DNA of 64,000 nucleotides, taken from NCBI GenBank assembly GCA_002269645.1, contig NIVC01000073.1, positions 372,001 through 436,000 on the forward strand, given 5' to 3'. Under the pieces are notes generated by a model. It ran no database searches. It worked only from the letters and a program-made list of their open reading frames with translations, and was not told the origin of the DNA. The position numbers were made by a program, and so were the translations under genes. Every line of letters starts with the position of its first letter. Position 1 is the stretch's first letter. This DNA comes from Macrostomum lignano (taxonomy: Eukaryota). Of this stretch, positions 41,847-54,685 are shown piece by piece.

Positions 41847-44800
41847 ATGAAGATCACAATTCTGACACTCACCCTGTGCGCCCTGATGCTAGCTGGAATG
41901 GCCAACTGCCGGCCTAGCAACTATCCGCTGGATCATGAGGCAGAGGCTGCTGCAGTTCAACAACACAGGTTAGTGCTGGGTGAAGGAACAGAATGGATTG
42001 CTAATCTATAGTCATATCTGCTGGGTGAAGGAACAGAATGGATTGCTAATCTATAGTCATATCTGCTGGGTAAAGGAACAGAATGGATTGCTAATCTATA
42101 GCCATATCTGCTGGGTGAAGGAACAGAATGGATTGCTAATCTATAGTCATATCTGCTGGGTGAAGGAACAGAATGGATTGCTAATCTATAGCCATATCTG
42201 CTGGATGAAGGAACAGAATGGATTGCTAATCTATAGCCATATCTGCTGGATGAAGGAACAGAATGGATTGCTAATCTATAGCCATATCTGCTGGGTGAAG
42301 GAACAGAATGGATTGCTAATCTATAGCCCATATCTGCTGGATGAAGGAACAGAATGGATTGCTAATCTATAGCCATATCTGCTGGGTGAAGGAACAGAAT
42401 GGATTGCCAATCTATAGCCATATCTGCTGGATGAAGGAACAGAATGGATTGCTAATCTATAGCCATATCTGCTGAATGAAGGAACAGAATGGATTCTTAA
42501 TCCATAGCCATATCTGCTGGATGAAGGAACAGAATGGATTGCTAATCTATATCCATATCTGCTGGATGAAGGAACAGAATGGATTGCTAATCTATAGGCC
42601 TAACTGAGGGAAGCTAAGCAGTATCTTAGAACTCAAACGGATATCTGAATGTTTTACAGCCGACACCCAGCACAACTGTTTGCTTAAACCCAGAATCTGT
42701 TGGAAAAAGCAGTTTGTATTGTCAAAAATTCTCACTGTAGTTTTGCTGAAACGATATCTAAGGGTTGACTGACAGTTTTAACACGTAGAAAACAGTGTTT
42801 GCTCAGTGATGAAGCCAGAGTTTGGCAAGGAAATTCACACAGGCAAGCCATTCATAGCTTCTGATTCTGGATGCCAATTAAAACTACGACGCTTAATTTC
42901 AGCAGAGCTTCTCCTGTTGTAGCTTGCTGTAAGATGGTGCTGTAAAGTGCTGTAGGGGTACTGCAGGAAGTGCTTTAGAGGGTGATGTAAAAAGTGCTGT
43001 ATGAAGGGTGCTGTATGAAGTTCTGTAAAGGGTGATGTACATGTTAATGAAGTGCTGTACCTGTAGAGGCGTTGTAGAGGGTGCTGTAGAAAGTTCTGTA
43101 GGGGTACTGTAAAAAGTGCTATAGAAGTTGCTGTAAAAAGTCCTGTCATAGCGAATGCTGTAAAAGAGACTGTAGAGGGTGGCTGTATTTGACGCCATTT
43201 TGAAGGCGCTGCTAGACAGGCTGTCCTGTTTGAATGCTAATTAAGTCTTGGAACTGTCTACTCAAGAAGCCTGCTGCCAGCCCTGTAATTAATATTTATT
43301 TAATTACTCCAGACGCCGCTTCAAAATGTCTTTAATGATACAGCCAGAGATAGAATGTATCTATGCTCGTATTCTGACTGCCGGAATTCATTTGAAGCTC
43401 GACCAAGCTTGCACTGATCTACTTGCGTCACATAAATTTATAGGCCCATTCTGAAGCGTCTGAGCTCCGATCACCGCCTCGCCGACCTGCTGTCATCGAT
43501 AGAAAGGCTGGGATCCACCAGCGGACAGTACGGGATCGACCTGCAGGCCAAGTGCGACTTTTGGGGATTCTGCGTTGTTTGAGGAGTGCTCTTTGTTGTA
43601 GACATGGTGTAGGTGGTGTAAAGGCGGGTGTAGAGGGAGGTGTAGAGGGAGGTGTAGAGAGAGGTGTAGAGGGAGGTGTAGAGAGAGGTGTAGAGGGAGG
43701 TGTAGAGGGAGATGTAGAGGGAAGTGTAGAGGGAGACGTAGATGGTGGTGTAGAGGGAGGTGTAGAGGCAGGTGTAGAGGCAGGTGTAGAGGGAGGTGTA
43801 GAGGGAGGTGTAGAGAGAGGTGTAGAGAGAGTTGTAGAGGGAGGTGTAGAGAGAGGTGTAGAGAGAGGTGTAGAGGGAGTTGTAGATTATGGTGTAGAGA
43901 GAGGTGTAGAGAGAGGTGTAGAGGGAGGTGTAGAGGGAGGTGTAGAGAGAGGTGTAGAGGGAGGTGTAGAGGGAGGTGTAGAGGGAGGTGTAGAGGGAGG
44001 TGTAGAGGGAGGTGTAGAGGGAGACGTAGATGGTGGTGTAGAGGGAAGTGTAGAGGGAGGTGTAGAGGCAGGTGTAGAGGCAGGTGTAGATGATGATGTA
44101 GAGGGAGGTGTAGAGGGAGGTGTAGAAGCAGGTATAAGGAGCTGTAGAGGGTGCAATTTAAGGAGATCTAACGGTATTTTTCGCAAGAGTGGAGTACCAG
44201 TTAATACTCTAAAGCAGGTACGAGTACGAGTAGCTCGTAAATCTCCCCAACTTTCTCATATCCCAGCATCGATCCTCATCCTGCACCCAGTCTCGCTCAA
44301 TCTCTCTTAACTCTGACTGAAAAGTCAACACGTACACTCGAAAAGAAGCTTTTCATGTTTAAATCGAATACTGAATCGATTCCAGTATTGCAGCAGACGT
44401 GACGGATTATATATGATAGTCTCGATTCTCGGTGTTATCTTTACCCTCAGCACAGGGGTCTCTATTGCTCATGAATAATTCATTAGATACCAACTTGAGT
44501 GCCAATCTCTGTAGTAGTGTCTGCTCAGACTTCTCTTCAGTATTTCTCCCTGTTTGAGGGCTCCGGCAATAAGCTGGGTCCAGAATCCAGTCCCGATTGT
44601 TAAATCTCATCAGAGAGCTCTGCGCGTTGGCGAGTTAAACCTTTATCACCGGTTTATTAACCTTTGTAAACAAAACTGAATTTGTGCGCTCTCCTCTCTG
44701 CCCTCTCTGCCCTCTCCTCTCTGCCCTACCCTCTTCCTGCCTACTCCTCTCTGCCCTACCCTCCCTGCCCCACCCTCTTCCTGCCCTCTCCTCTCTGCCC

Positions 44801-45303
44801 TACCCTCTTCCTGCCCTCTCCTCTCTGCCCTACCCTCTTCCTGCCCTCTCCTCCCTGCCCTCTCCTCTCTGCCCTACCCTCCATGCCCTCTCCTCTCTGC
44901 CTCCCCCTGCAATCGCCTAGACTAGTAGGTCGGCTCCCTGATCCCATCACCAAGTCCCCACCCCCACAGCTCTTCCGCTTACCACCTTGCAGTCACGTGC
45001 GTGCAGCAGTTTTCAATATTCAATTCAAATTTTGAACTTCCCCGCAACCAAGCCGTGTAGCTGCTGTTGTATTGTTAATCTATCAAAATTCAGGTATTCC
45101 CATTTGTACAAAGCATGAGAGCGGGTTGATTAGAAAATCTCTGCCATAGGGTTAACAAAATACTTAATCGTGAATTTTTTCCTACAAAAAACTGCTTTTA
45201 ATCAAGCATGCTTAAGCCGGTTGTGTTTCTATCATATTTCTCTGTCACTGCTTCATTAATTTTCAGTGGACGAAAGAAACGCAGCGTTCGAATGGAGAAG
45301 TGA
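41847..45303 (+). CDS. Secreted neuropeptide precursor B (88 aa), PTH-like/PXXXamide-like candidate; join(41847..41968,43444..43551,45267..45303)
   Basis: Signal peptide MKITILTLTLCALMLAGMANC; two phase-2 GT-AG introns; [44 protein letters not shown]-stop; an acceptor TTTTCAG at 41832 precedes the ATG; paralog of the gene at 23938. Confidence 0.88.
41975..42597 (+). repeat. 45-bp minisatellite family A, locus 2 (neuropeptide B intron 1)
   Basis: Same unit as 8895-10240; begins immediately after the splice donor. Confidence 0.97.
43605..44135. repeat. 12-bp minisatellite (GTAGAGGGAGGT)
   Basis: Neuropeptide B intron 2; explains the GVEG ORF. Confidence 0.96.
44685..44910. repeat. CT-rich repeat (CTCTCCTCTCTGCCCTACC)
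   Basis: Direct reading. Confidence 0.9.
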
Positions 45304-45544
45304 CGAGACAGTCAGACAGACCAAGCTCTGAAAGCTTGTGACGAGGAACTTGAAATTTGACTAACGGTATTCTTGATCGAATTTCAGTTCGTTGTGAATG
45401 TCAGTAACTGTAATGAATTAACTAATAATTATTGAAACATCATTGAACTGCTACTATCAGTGAAATAAATTTGTTAAAAATCGTAACGCTGTTTTGACAT
45501 TGCACGTAGGTAAAAGAGGCATTTTGGTCCTTTGATAATTTGAT

Positions 45545-47330
45545 TGGGCTGCAGGTGCATCTCTATAGATTAGAGTTAATCAAAGCTAATTGGTCTGCAG
45601 GTGCATCTCTATAGATTAGAGTTAATCAAAGCTAATTGGTCTGCAGGTGAATTTCTATAGATTAGAGTTAATCAAAGCTAATTGGTCTGCAGGTGAATTT
45701 CTATAGATTAGAGTTTATCAAAGCTAATTGGTCTGCAGGTGCATCTCTATAGATTAGAGTTAATCAAAGCTAATTGGTCTGCAGGTGAACTTCTATAGAT
45801 TAGAGTTAATCAAAGCTAATTGGTCTGCAGGTGCATCTCTATAGATTAGAGTTTATCAAAGCTAATTGGTCTGCAGGTGAATTTCTATAGATTAGAGTTA
45901 ATCAAAGCTAATTGGTCTGCAGGTGAATTTCTATAGATTAGAGTTTATCAAAGCTAATTGGTCTGCAGGTGCATCTCTATAGATTAGAGTTAATCAAAGC
46001 TAATTGGTCTGCAGGTGAACTTCTATAGATTAGAGTTAATCAAAGCTAATTGGTCTGCAGGTGCATCTCTATAGATTAGAGTTTATCAAAGCTAATTGGT
46101 CTGCAGGTGCATCTCTATAGATTAGAGTTAATCAAAGCTAATTGGTCTGCAGGTGAACTTCTATAGATTAGAGTTAATCAAAGCTAATTGGTCTGCAGGT
46201 GCATCTCTATAGATTAGAGTTTATCAAAGCTAATTGGTCTGCAGGTGAATTTCTATACATTAGAGTTTATCAAAGCTAATTGGTCTGCAGGTGAATTTCT
46301 ATAGATTAGAGTTAATCAAAGCTAATTGGTCTGCAGGTGCATCTCTATAGATTAGAGTTTATCAAAGCTAATTGGTCTGCAGGTGAATTTCTATACATTA
46401 GAGTTTATCAAAGCTAATTGGTCTGCAGGTGCATCTCTATAGATTAGAGTTTATCAAAGCTAATTGGTCTGCAGGTGCATCTCTATAGATTAGAGTTTAT
46501 CAAAGCTAATTGGTCTGCAGGTGCATCTCTATAGATTAGAGTTTATCAAAGCTAATTGGTCTGCAGGTGAATCTCTATAGATTAGAATTTATCTAAGCTA
46601 ATTGGTCTGCAGGTGAATCTCAATAGATTAGAATTTATCTAAGCTAATTGGTCTGCAGGTGAATCTCAATAGATTAGAATTTATCTAAGCTAATTGGTCT
46701 GCAGGTGAATCTCTATAGATTAGAATTTATCTAAGCTAATTGGTCTGCAGGTGAATCTCTATAGATTAGAATTTATCTAAGCTAATTGGTCTGCAGGTGA
46801 ATCTCTGTAGATTAGAGTTTATCAAAGCTAATTGGTCTGTAGGTGAATCTCTATAGATTAGAGTTTATCAAAGCTAATTGGTCTGCAGGTGAATCTCGAA
46901 TAGATTAGAGTTTATCAAAGCTAATTGGTCTGCAGGTGAATCTCTATAGATTAGAGTTTATCAAAGCTAATTAATTGGTATGCTGGTGAATCTCAATAGA
47001 TAAGAGTTTATCAAAGCTAATTGGTCTGCAGGTGAATCTCGAATAGATTAGAGTTTATCAAAGCTAATTGGTCTGCAGGTGAATCTCTATAGATTAGAGT
47101 TTATCAAAGCTAATTAATTGGTATGCTGGTGAATCTCAATAGATAAGAGTTTATCAAGGCTAATTAATTGGTATGCTGGTGAATCTCAATAGATAAGAGT
47201 TTATCAAGGCTAATTAATTGGTATGCTGGTGAATCTCAATAGATAAGAGTTTATCAAAGCTAATTGGCCTGCAAGTGAATCTCTATACATTAGAATTTAT
47301 CAAAGCTAATTAATTGGTCTGTAGGTGAAC
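45545..47330. repeat. 46-bp minisatellite (CTAATTGGTCTGCAGGTGCATCTCTATAGATTAGAGTTAATCAAAG), about 38 copies
   Basis: Direct reading; variants change progressively along the array. Confidence 0.97.
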
Positions 47331-48169
47331 TTTAGACTCTGTATGACACTATGCTACTACATCTATTGGATTCAGTAGCATTTAAGCCTTAAATCGGTGA
47401 CAAGAACCAAAAAAACTTTTTTTAAATTTATAGATTTTAGCCATTGCAAAAGCAATAAAATTGAAGAGTTCAATATCATAATGCTTACTATTAGCAAACA
47501 GTGGAAAGCAAGTAAAATCTTTCTTTTATAGCATCTTTGATTTGATCTTTAAGGAAACGTCCTTAAACAATAAAAAGCAGCAAAAATATGTGAGGATGCC
47601 TTGAACAGATTCCTTTTTTGTAGCTTGAGTAGCTGGTTTCCGAATTTGCAAATTTGCAGTCGGTACTCCAATATCGTTAGGCTCTATATGCTTCTTATGA
47701 GTTTGATAAGCAGCTTATATACCACATGTAGATGGAAACTTAAGCCAGTCGAATAGTCGGGCTGATTATCGCAGGTTTCAATAATTTAAAAACAAGGAGT
47801 AGCCACAGTCGCGAGGGAGTCAAAGCATGCCTGGACTGCAGCTACTGAGGAAGAAGTGCTGGTAGATTCCTGCGAAATGGGGAGCTGGTATCAGAGGAGG
47901 AACTCACTAGCTCTAGCACAGATTAGCGCCAATCTAAATAAAACAGTGGAAGACCCGAATTAATGTGCTGCTTTTCTACAGAACTTTTTTCTACTAAAAA
48001 GCATGCCTAAATATTAGATATCCTAATTTTATAATATGGCATGCCTAAACCATAGATCTTATATAGAGCTTCTATGCCCATATAAGCCGTTAATGAGTGG
48101 CCCATCTTGTGTATATATGATCTTTGGCCTACCTAAACCATTGCATCGTAACGATAAAAGACGTACGTG

Positions 48170-48413
48170 TGTATTCCTTCACCCAGCAGATATGGCTATA
48201 GATTAGCAATCCATTCTGTTCCTTCACCCAGCAGATATGGCTATAGATTAGCAATCCATTCTGTTCCTTCACCCAGCAGATATGGCTATAGATTAGCAAT
48301 CCATTCTGTTCCTTCACCCAGCAGATAAGGCTATAGATTAGCAATCCATTCTGTTCCTTCATCCAGCAGATAAGGCTATAGATTAGCAATCCATTCTGTT
48401 CCTTCATCCAGCA
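48170..48413 (-). repeat. 45-bp minisatellite family A, locus 3 (inverted)
   Basis: Reverse complement of the family A unit, about 5 copies. Confidence 0.95.
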
Positions 48414-48682
48414 GTTTCTGCCAGCATGGTTCTACGAAGCAGACCTACGTTTATGACATTGGAATGACCAAGCAATGTCGACAGAAAGTGATCTGAAAGT
48501 CAGATTTAAAAGGGACAAAAACAGAATTATTTTTTCCAGGGTCTATTCGCTTCTTACCCGATGCTCTCGTCAACAGTTCGACTCGGCGAGTCTCGCCAGC
48601 CTTTGACTTAAGCCTTCAAGGATAGCAAGGATGGCAAGCAAAGCCCCACCCGCTACTATAGACTATGTCTTGTGTCTAAAAA

Positions 48683-48920
48683 GAAACTACACCTTTTCAC
48701 GTTCAATTTTGAACAAAGTCCAGTTCTAAAAAAACTAGCGGAAATTCAATTCAGACAATTCAGACTGGGGCAACAAAACCCAGTTCAAAACATTCTGCTA
48801 CGGAAGCGAGGTTTAGCCATAGACAAAATTGTCCCCAGTCTGAATTGTCTGAATTGAATTTCCGCTAGTTTTTTTAGAACTGGACTTTGTTCAAAATTGA
48901 ACGTGAAAAGGTGTAATTTC
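48683..48920. mobile_element. 238-bp foldback/MITE with 88-bp inverted arms
   Basis: 48683-48770 is the near-perfect reverse complement of 48833-48920, with a 62-bp spacer. Confidence 0.85.
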
Positions 48921-49514
48921 CAGGCAGTTAGTAGAGTTTTGGCCATAGACGACAGCATGTTTGGTCATCAACTATAATAGTTTCGTACCGCTCAATTAGC
49001 TGGCGTTAATGTATCTAATGGCTATTAACAAAGAGTGTCCAGTACAAAGTTCTAGTGCTAAAAATAATTTGATTTGGCAGCTTCGTGGCGCGAATTAAAG
49101 TTTCTGCCGTATTAAATGATTGTATATTATTATTTATAAAAGTCAATAGAGATTTCATACAAGTTGTGTTTTTAAACAATACAACTGATGCCAAATGCTG
49201 GATAGTTGGAAAAAATAACGCCGTGCGTGATATACTACTACTAAATACCAAGTAGCATAGAATGAAAATTAGTTGAAACAAAGGACACGAAAAAGGTCAA
49301 GTTCGTTGGTATAAAACAATAACTGAGCAGGAGTTAAAATGCATAGAAAAATATTGATGCTAACTATTAATGCTTCTGCAAGGCGAAAGAATATTAAGAA
49401 AATAAATATTAATTTATTGCACAGTAGATTATAAAATAGAAATTTGGAAATATATAAAACACGTTGGAGGCGTATCCGGACCAGACACAGGCTAAACAGT
49501 TTTTGTAGCGTTTC

Positions 49515-50000
49515 TAGGGAAGTCTGTGTACCTATTCTAGGGAAGTCTTTGTACCTATTCTTGGGGAGTCTGTATCGATTCTAAGTGAGTCTTTGTACCT
49601 ATTCTAGAGGAGCCTGTATCGATTCTAAGTGAGTCTTTGTACCTATTCTAGGGTAGTTTTTGTACCTATTCTAGGGTAGTCTTTGTACCTATTCTAGGGA
49701 AGTCTTTGTACCTATTCTAGGATAGTCTTTGTACCTATTCTAGGATAGTCTTTGTACCTATTCTAGGGTAGTTTTTGTACCTATTCTTGGGGAGTCTGTA
49801 TCGATTCTAAGTGAGTCTTTGTACCTATTCTAGAGGAGCCTGTATCGATTCTAAGTGAGTCTTTGTACCTATTCTAGAGGAGCCTGTATCGATTCTAAGT
49901 GAGTCTTTGTACCTATTCTAGAGGAGCCTGTATCGATTCTAAGTGAGTCTTTGTACCTATTCTAGAGGAGTCTTTGTAGCAATTCTAACGAAGTCTTTTT
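49515..50000. repeat. About 24-bp minisatellite (GTCTTTGTACCTATTCTAGGG) with higher-order variants
   Basis: Direct reading. Confidence 0.9.
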
Positions 50001-50158
50001 ACCCATTTCATGGTAGTCTCTGTAGGAGTTCTAGAGGCGCGTAAGTGCCATATTTGGGCAGTTTTCACCACATATAACTAAATTTATTACGAATCAAGTC
50101 AACTAATAAAGCAACGCAACACGCATAGAACCATAACGCATCATACAATAATAAGAGT

Positions 50159-53100
50159 TCACATAACAACATCCTCATCGATGCCAACCTGCTGAGCGCC
50201 GGCGCAATCACCGACGGCAGCGGCGGCGGCGGCTCCGACATCGGAAGGCTCTGAGCAGTCCATAAAACTCACGTTGCCCCCGCCATCGGCTGCAGCGGCT
50301 GAGGCAGCGTTATTAGTCGATGAATTCTTGGCATCAACTGCGGCTTTGAGCAGGCCGCACAACTCGTCGTCTTGGCTAATAATGTGCTTGAGCAGCGAGT
50401 GGAGCCGCTGATAGAACTGGCTAAATTGAAGGCCGCTGCCGGCTGTACGACGAAATTCCACCAGAATGTTGGAGTTGCGAACCAGATAGAGACAGATTTT
50501 AAATGACACCGGATAGGTGCCTGGCAGCGTGGTTGTCACCTGAGATATGGGTGGGTTGCTTATGATTTATCAACCAATCAATCATAGGTTGCTCATAATC
50601 AATCATATAGGTTTGCTCATAATCAATCATTGGGTTGCTCATAATCAATCATAGGGTTGCTCATAATCAATCATATAGGGTTGCTCATAATCAATCATTG
50701 GGTTGCTCGTAATCAATCATAGGGTTGCTCATAATCAATCATTGGGTTGCTCATAATCAATCATTGGGTTGCTCATAATCAACCATAGAGTTGCTCATAA
50801 TCAATCATTGGGTTGATCATAATCAATCATTGGGTTGCTCATAATCAATCATTGGGTTGCTCATAATCAATCATAGGGTTGCTCATAATCAATCATTGGG
50901 TTGCTCATAATCAATCATTGGGTTGCTCATAATCAACCATAGAGTTGCTCATAATCAATCATTGGGTTGATCATAATCAATCATTGGGTTGCTCATAATC
51001 AATCATTGGGTTGCTCATAATCAATCATTGGGTTGCTCATAATCAATCATTGTGTTGCTCATAATCAATCATTGTGTTGCTCATAATCAATCATTGGGTT
51101 GCTCATAATCAATTATAGGGTTGCTCATAATCAACCATAGGGTTGCTCATAATCAATCATTGGGTTGCTCATAATCAATCATTGGGTTGCTCATAATCAA
51201 TCATAGGGTTGGTCATAATTGATTATCGGGTTGCTCATAATCAATCATAGGGTTGATCAAAATTAATCATAGGGATGCTCATAATCAATCATAGGGTTGC
51301 TCATAATCAATCATCGGGTTGCTCCTAATCAATCATAGGGTTGCTCATAATCAGTCATAAGGATGCTCATAATCAATCAAAGAACACCCACTCACGTGAA
51401 TAGCTCCTCGATCCTGCTGGGTGACCCGGAGCTCGGACACCATGCCCAATGCCTTTAACAGTTCCTCCTGTGTAGCGGCCGCATCAGTGCTAGTAAAGAA
51501 TCGAGTCAATCTTAGCGCCATTCTGTGCAACCCGATTGGCTGCATCTCGGCTGAGTCCAATTGCGAGGCGGTAATCGGAGCGGCTGCAGCAGCGGCCGCG
51601 GCGGCCTGAGTGGCGGTGCCGAGGGGGATGGCTGCTAACCGGGCTGGCTGGGTGAAGCCGCCAGTCATCTGGGGCGGATTCTTGGCCGCGGCAGCGGCGG
51701 CTGCTACGGCCGCTTCGTCTTCGGCCGATTCAATCGGGGCGACAAATACGCCAGGGCTGAGCAGGGCCGGCGGGCCCGAGTTCGAATCGCCATCCAGGTT
51801 TAAGGATACGGGAGCGGCCTTGAGGGTGGGGAGGGTAAAAGGTGGCGGTGAAATTAAATTACAACACTGTTTTGCTTGAGCATAAACGATTGACGATTCC
51901 GTACAGTACTTACCCTAAAAGTACATGCACAATGTATTGTATAATTCTTCAAAGTGCATACCTTATTTAATTACCCTCTGAATTTTGAAGTACCTAAGAT
52001 CCGCAAGATACTAGAATGTCAGACTTTCTATCAGTAGTTTGTCTGCGCAGTGTCATTTAAATTTAATGTAGCAGATTAAATTTCTTTTCCTTCCTCGGGT
52101 TTGGCATATGGGGCTAAGAATAAACAACAAGCAATAAAGTTGATGTACGCAAATGAACGCAAAATGGATGAAACTCAAGTCAGTCTAGGGGGCAGGCCTA
52201 ATCTGGCTCAGCCAATGAGAGAGCAGGAAGGAGAGAGGTCAAAGTCAGACGGACGAAACTTAGCCTAGGGCAGGCCCAATCTAGCTCAGCCAATGAGAGA
52301 GCAGGAAGGAGAGAGGTCAAAGTCAGACGGACGAAACTTAGCCTAGGGGCAGGCCCAATCTAGCTCAGCCAATGAGAGAGCAGGAAGGAGAGAGGTCAAA
52401 GTTAGACGGACGAAACTCAGCCTAGGCGGTAGGTCCAATCTGGCTCAGCCAATGAGAGAGCAGTAAGGAGAGAAGTCGAAGTCACACACGAGCGGGCAAC
52501 AGGAAAGCTATTTAACTGTTTATCGGCCTGGCAGGGGCACCCATTTTCTCTCTCGCTCGCTATGCACACGCACTGGATATGGGTTTTCAAGTTTTCTTGC
52601 AATCTAGTCTTATGTACTGTAAGTCCGATAAAAGTACATTACCCCATATCAAACTTTATAGACAGCTCACCTGCGAGCTACTAATTTGCGGCGTCACACC
52701 TCTGGCCCTAGTTGGCTCGGGCAGGTCGCGGGATCGAATCCACGGATGCTGCAAAACGCTGTCGCCATACAGCCGCTTACTAGGCCTTAAGCACAGCAGC
52801 TTACGCAGGAAGGTCAATTGCTCGGCGGTCAGTCGATCGAACGGCATTTGATTGTTGTTGCCCTGAACCCAGGCGACAAAATGCGGCTCCGAGGAATGCG
52901 CCCGATCCCAGGGCATTTCGCCAGTGAGCATAGCGATCAGGACTACCCCGGCTGACCAATAGTCCACTGGCTCAGCTCTGTAGGGCCTGTCGGTCACGTG
53001 CATCTCCGGGCACATGTACGGCTCGGTGCCGGCCACGCCGACCAGGGTTCTGACTGCGCCCTGCTATAGTGGACAAGAGATGGGGAATGGTGCGGAGTAG

Positions 53101-53975
53101 AGGAGTGGCTATTCTCTGAGGTTTTGGGCGATTCTCTATGGGATTGTGGGGGATTCTCTCTATGAGATTGTGGGCGATTCTCCTCTATGAGATTTTAGGC
53201 GATTCTCTCTGATATTGTGGGCGATTCTCTTTATGGGGTTGTGGGCGATTCTCTCTATGAGATTGTGGGCAATTATCTCTATGGGATTGTTGGCGATTCT
53301 CTACATGTATGAGATTGTGGGTGATTCTCTATGAGATTGTGGACGATTCTCTGTATCGGATTGTGGGCGATTGCTAAGGGTGACAGGCAATTCTTAAGAA
53401 TGCTCACTCCAGACACTCACCTGACTCCTATAGATTGTAGCCCAACCGAAATCAGTGACCTTCAAAGTCCGCAAATCGCCAGTCAGCAAACAATTCTCGC
53501 ATTTAATATCCCGATGCGCAATGCCCAGAGTCTGCAGGTGAGCGATTGCCCGGCAAATTTGCACAAAGTACATCTTGGCCAGACTGGCCGGAATGCCAAC
53601 ATCCGGTACGATGTGATTGAACAGCTCTCCGCCCGTGAGCAACTCGAAGAACATGAAATACGTGTCGCCAGCCTGTCTGACGCCCAGAAATTTGCACACA
53701 TTCTCGTGCGGACTGGACTCCACCAATTTGAGCATCATGTACTCTTTACGCACCTGGCGTAGTCGATCTTGTCGTTGAGTTTCGAAACCCGGACCAGACA
53801 TGGAGTCTTTCGAGTCGAATATTTTGCAAGCCATTCGCTGCTCAGTTTGAGGATTATAAACCAGTTTCACTATGGAGTTGCCACCCTCGCCAAGAGTGTT
53901 GCCCCAGAAAAAGTTCTCGGCAAAGTGGCCGGTATAGGGCGATGAAGATTGGCTTGATGATGCTGATAATGACAT
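50159..53975 (-). CDS. CHEK1: Checkpoint kinase 1-like Ser/Thr kinase (583 aa); complement(join(50159..50539,51396..51818,52671..53063,53421..53975))
   Basis: Kinase domain (LGEGG, GGELF..IVPDVGI, HRDIK, DFGxATIYR, AEPVDYWSAGVVLIAMLTGEMPWD); SQ/TQ linker (SSSQ, GFTQP); C-terminal KA1-like RLTRFFT..ILVEFRRTAGSGLQF matching CHK1 RMTRFFT..ILVDFRLSKGDGLEF. All introns are phase 0, GT-AG. Confidence 0.88.
50570..51380. repeat. 22-bp minisatellite (GGGTTGCTCATAATCAATCATT) in CHK1 intron 3
   Basis: Direct reading. Confidence 0.96.
52185..52470. repeat. 78-80-bp tandem repeat, about 3.5 copies, with CCAAT boxes, in CHK1 intron 2
   Basis: GCCAATGAGA at 52211, 52289, 52368 and 52448. Confidence 0.9.
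53110..53370. repeat. About 24-bp minisatellite (GTGGGCGATTCTCTCTATGAGATT) in CHK1 intron 1
   Basis: Direct reading. Confidence 0.88.
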
Positions 53976-54074
53976 TGCTGATGCTGTGTTGGGCTTACAG
54001 AAATAGACAAATGTTTAATGGCGTGAATGTACTGTTCACGCTAAAACAAAATTTGCTATCTAGACCCACATCAA

Positions 54075-54685
54075 ACTTTAATCCCACCCCTCTATTTCTA
54101 ACCCCACCCTTGTATTCCAACTCCACCCATCCATTCCTAACCCCATCCCTGCATTTCTAACCCCACCCCTGCATTTCTAATCCCATCCCTGCATTTTTAA
54201 CACCACGCTTGCATTTCTAACCCCACCCTTGCATTTCTAATCCCATCCCTGCATTTCTAACCCCACCCCTGCATTTCTAACCCCACCCCTGCATTTCTAA
54301 TCCCACCCCTGCATTTCTAACCCCACCCTTGCATTTCTAACCCCACCCTTGCTTTTCTAACCCCATCCCTGCATTTCTAATCCCATCTAAGCATTTCTAA
54401 CCCCACCCCTGCATTTCTAACCCCACCCCTGCATTTCTAACCCCACCCCTGCATTTCTAACTCCACCCCTGCATTTTTAACCCGACCCCTGCGTTTCTAA
54501 CCCCACCCCTGCATTTCTAACTCCACCCCTGCATTTTTAACCCGACCCCTGCGTTTCTAACCCCACCCCTGCATTTCTAACTCCACCCCTGCATTTTTAA
54601 CCCGACCCCTGCGTTTCTAACCCCACCCCTGCATTTCTAACTCCACCCCTGCATTTTTAACCCGACCCCTCTATTTCTAACTCTA
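54075..54685. repeat. 20-bp minisatellite (CCCCACCCCTGCATTTCTAA) upstream of CHK1
   Basis: Direct reading. Confidence 0.94.

Noticed and set aside
43552-44310. 252-aa GVEG-repeat ORF
   Set aside because: It starts at the splice donor of neuropeptide B exon 2 and is an intronic 12-bp repeat.
52240-52270. GGACGAAAC as part of a hammerhead ribozyme
   Set aside because: The CUGAnGA core and stem II pairing are absent.
54075-54685. Telomere-like repeat (CTAACCCC)
   Set aside because: The unit is 20 bp and not tandem TTAGGG; ordinary minisatellite.
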